Shown piece after piece: positions 61,191 through 64,000 of a stretch of DNA of 64,000 bases. The DNA lies in NCBI GenBank assembly GCA_030704615.1, contig CM060734.1:63736001-63800000 (forward strand), written 5' to 3'. A program made the position numbers and the translations under genes. Source of the DNA: Takakia lepidozioides (Eukaryota; Plantae; Bryophyta). Under the pieces are notes generated by a model. The model was not told the DNA's origin, searched no databases, and saw only the letters and a program-made list of their open reading frames with translations. Each line of letters begins with the position of its first letter. Positions within the stretch are counted from its first letter, which is position 1.

Positions 61191-62000
61191 GATTGGCATG
61201 ATGAACTCTACCCCATAAACCAATGAAAGAGGGTATGTCGAGTAGTTACCTTATGGGTTGTGCGAACTGCCTACAAGGCCGAAATTAACTTGGTGTCCCA
61301 ATCCCTTTTGTGCTCCCTGATTGTCTTGGAGAGAATGTTGCACAGGGTTTGGTTGGCGCGCTCCACCTGCCCACTCGTTTGTGGATGATAAGGGGTCGCA
61401 TTGTGATGCTTGATGGAGAATGCGTCGTTGATGAAGTGAGATCATCTGTCACTCACTATCTCTTTTGGGCATCCGAATCGGGAAATGATATATTCATAAA
61501 TGAAAGAGGCGGTTACCTTTGTGTTGGATCTCTTAACCGCTTTGGCTTCTGCCCACTTGGTCAGGTACTAAGTGGCTATAATGATGTAGCGATTTTGTCG
61601 ACTCGATGCAGGGTGCACTTCCCCTACATAGTCGATCCCCCACTTCTCAAACGGAGCAAGGGGAAGAGTGGAACTAATGACATTCCGAGCCTGTTATTTC
61701 GTTTGGCGTACCTTTGACAAGAGTCGCATTTTCGCACATGCATGTGCGCATCTTTGAACATGGAGGGTCAGTAGTATCCTACCCTCAAAGCCTTCTGCAC
61801 TGTGAGCCGCCTTGCAAAGTGTTCTCCACACATGTTATCATGGGCTGACTCTAAAATCTGGGGAACCTCCTCCGGGGTGACGCATCGGCTCAAGAGTCTA
61901 TCCAATCCCCTTCTATAAAATTGCCCTCCCACAAGAGCAAACTTCATGTTGCGCAGTCGAAGCCTACGTCGCGCATGTCGATCCAATCCTGGGGAAATTC
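61191..62000 (-). mobile_element. Degenerate non-chromovirus gypsy integrase fragment
   Basis: RCVTPEEVPQILESAH...EHFARRLTVQKALRVGYY, CDSCQR, PKEIVSD, LVYGVEFIMP; joined directly to PLE copy B. Confidence 0.8.
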
Positions 62001-63369
62001 CAGGGTGCTTAAATATTGAGCTAAGTGTTCATGGACTCGGCTCATTTTTGGTATGTCATGCATAAATGAGCTAGGCCCACTGCTATATGGTTGGAATCTC
62101 TGGATGATTTTTGGTAGGTTTCTAGGGGCAATTTATTGCAGCTGGGTACCAAAAATTGGTAAAAAGTCAAAAAAGGGCTTGGGAACTTAAAGGTTAAATA
62201 AGATAGAGGTATTTAATTCAGACCTAAAATCTTTCACGATGAGTACAAATTAATTTTGAAAATGTCCACCACCTTGACATAAAAACTTGCGTCGGTTCTA
62301 AGTCACCTAACAAAAAACTTTGAAACCTTATGATTTTTGAATCCACGGATTCTTTGCTGCATTGGAATCCACTTTTAATTTGCTAACAAAAATATACAAA
62401 AACTTGACCATTCTAATAGTAATAACTATGCCCAGTGATTAATATATCATTTATTTTTGTACGATCACCTTACTTTTGACAACAACAAAAAAATTAGGTT
62501 TCACTTCAATCACAAAATCGGAAACTATGCTCTATTTTCGAACGATTGCCATTGTGGAATACCTCACAGACGAGAGAGAGAGCGTGATACTGCATATGAG
62601 GACTCCTGCCTAAGTCGCCGAGCACAACCGCTCTCCGCCTTTGACTGGTCTGCTTGCGCTTCCCGAACAACGATCGAAACGAAAGCCATGATCAAGATCC
62701 GCATCCTCCTCCTCCATGGCCCTATGCACGGAGAGCTAGGGTTGCAAGAACCCCTATGCAATCGGAGACGGGGAATTGAGCAATAAATGCTTGGAGAGGA
62801 AATGTTGGGGTGACAGAAACGAAATACATGAAAATGTGGCGTGTGATTGCAGTGGAGAATCAAAACAAAAACAAATGAAAAACAGGAGAGGAACTCAAAG
62901 ATTGCAAGGTGGTATGGAATTGGAAAGAAGAGCACCGACTAAAAACCTTGAGGCGGAGTTTCCCTTGCAACGCAAAGACAGACATTCTCCAGTCAGCAAG
63001 TGGAGGGCCCGTTTCCTGACATGCACGAGGTGGCGGTGCCCCGTTATGAGATCTGCGGTTTGCCGGTTTAGTTGGGCTCTAAGAAAATTGAAGGGCAGCC
63101 CGCCCCTGCATGCAGCCCGCCCCTGCATGCAGCCCGGCTCCAAAATGTAAAAATCACCCAACTATTTGTGCAACTTTGTAGGTCACTATATATCAATGTC
63201 ATACATTAAATTTTTTGACTTGTACATTACTAAATAATGGTTTTCATCTTTTACTCCCTTTGTTCCAAAATAAAAAGCACTTTTGATTTCTTCATGTATT
63301 TGTACCTCTTCATATATTTGTATTCTTCACGTATTTGTATTTATTATTTTATTTTAGTTTACTGTATTG

Positions 63370-63594
63370 TTTTTTCTAAAAAAAAGGGGAACACCTGGGG
63401 GCGACAGCTCACAAATCAGGCCCCTTAACAGTGAGAGGAGAAAATAACCTCTTTCACAGTAACCCGCGGAGCAAGGCATAGGATCGGGACCAGGAACCGG
63501 GGAGAAGAGTATGCCACACCCGTCAGTAGCAGGATTCGACCCCAGAATCGCCTCGGTCGCACTTAGTGCACTTAGCCAACTGAGCTATCGGCTG
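63370..63594 (-). mobile_element. tRNA-derived SINE (or tRNA pseudogene with an unrelated 3' body)
   Basis: Head 63594-63522 has A box TAGCTCAGTTGG and B box GGGTCGAATCC; poorly paired acceptor stem; about 140-bp body ending in a T run then an A run. Confidence 0.65.
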
Positions 63595-64000
63595 TTGGTT
63601 TTTAATTTCCGAATGGTAAATCACAAAAAATCAAAAGTGATTACGGAAATCACTGCAGAGAAGCCGACGTCAACACACACAAGGAATCTGATACTCAAAG
63701 TGCCTGCACATCTTCCAATGACATGAAAAACTCTAGTCTACAACTCCTAGTAGAAGTCTATCTTAACGCTATTTGGTTCACTTGACTCACCGCCAAGTGT
63801 AGCCAAAACAAAACTTCAAGAATATTCACACCTAATCTTGATTCTCAATGGCACCTGATGCCCAGTGCACTACACACAACCACGCCTTGGTGTTGAGCAA
63901 ATTGACCTGCCGCCTCCCCTGGAAACAAAATTATTCTGGAATATCCTGCAAACATGTCACACCATCGTATCATGCAGTGTAACACAAAGCTGATGAGCTC

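Noticed and set aside
63522-63594. Functional tRNA gene
   Set aside because: The acceptor and anticodon stems pair poorly, and there is no immediate T-run terminator.

Overview
Repeat-rich nuclear DNA from a land plant, most likely a non-seed plant. This is inferred from a BK/Slo-type K+ channel fragment, moss/lycophyte-style PLS-DYW PPR genes, a Sola-type transposase and a PHD-tailed gypsy integrase. Apparently intact host genes: the last 7 exons of an RBM19/MRD1-like multi-RRM gene (3445-8660, +) and an intronless PLS-E-DYW RNA-editing factor (37823-40888, -). The rest is gene fragments or pseudogenes (ClpB, ARM repeat, a second PPR-DYW, FCP1-like, BK channel) and nested mobile elements: (CT)n-tailed LINEs, a spliced Sola-like transposase, several Ty3/gypsy families, Helitrons, L1-like LINEs, TIR elements and a tRNA-derived SINE. 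The most notable region is 56.3-61.2 kb, a tail-to-tail pair of Penelope-like retroelements (PLEs) with no GIY-YIG endonuclease visible. One has an ORF1/RT overlap carrying a canonical -1 ribosomal frameshift signal. The other has a 3' region with a TATA box followed by a minimal type-I hammerhead ribozyme. Both carry sense-strand CCCTAAA telomeric tracts, and their junction has the geometry of a healed chromosome end. All calls come from reading the sequence by eye; no searches or folding programs were run, and boundaries of degenerate elements are approximate.
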